Below, one piece after another: positions 63,681 to 64,000 of a DNA stretch of 64,000 nucleotides (position 1 is the first letter of the stretch; each line of letters begins with the position of its first letter). Made by a program: the position numbers and the translations under genes. This DNA comes from Octopus vulgaris (taxonomy: Eukaryota): the NCBI GenBank assembly GCA_951406725.2, contig OX597814.1, forward strand, positions 80,600,001 to 80,664,000, read 5' to 3'. The notes below the pieces were generated by a model that had not been told where the DNA came from, searched no databases, and saw only the letters and a program-made list of their open reading frames with translations.

Positions 63681-64000
63681 TCATTTCCCCAAAACCACAG
63701 AGATTCCATTAGTGACTATGGAAGAGAGAATATGTGTGTATGTGTTTGTATGTGTGTGTGTCTGTGAGTGGGTGCATGGAAAGAGACAAGGCTTGACAGT
63801 TATTATGGCCAAGAATCTTTCCAAAAATCAAATCTCACTTGAAAAGAATATGATTTCAAGAAATCAATGAAATCCAAGGGAATTCAACAAGGCAGCTACT
63901 TGCTATCCCCTAGAAAGATAGTTCCAGGAATGCTTCCACCAATGGAAATGACAGGGGATTACTTCGAAGGAGATTAAATGCAAAATTGATATGTGTTGTA

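Overview
AT-rich, microsatellite-dense animal genomic DNA, probably intronic or intergenic. The repeat families suggest a coleoid cephalopod such as Octopus; this is an inference, not proven. No intact host gene is recognisable, and most ORFs in the track are microsatellite artefacts. The window is mostly decayed transposons. Retroelements: several RTE LINEs with (GAT)n tails (one near full-length, one young), a young CR1 LINE, a Penelope-like element (PLE) with GIY-YIG, and many tRNA-derived SINEs. DNA elements: hAT/Buster, hATm (with introns), mariner, maT/DD37D and MULE relics, hAT and piggyBac MITEs, and a Helentron-type HINE. The most interesting signal is about 10 hammerhead-ribozyme-like (HHR) motifs from several families. 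They sit beside (TA)n tracts, often inside inverted-repeat elements, and one three-copy family reconstructs to a complete type I hammerhead. Also notable: a C4HC3 PHD-like finger inside the RTE reverse transcriptase, a foldback element with telomere-like repeats, a palindrome with a tRNA-like loop, a ~123-bp near-perfect hairpin, and weak candidate host exons.
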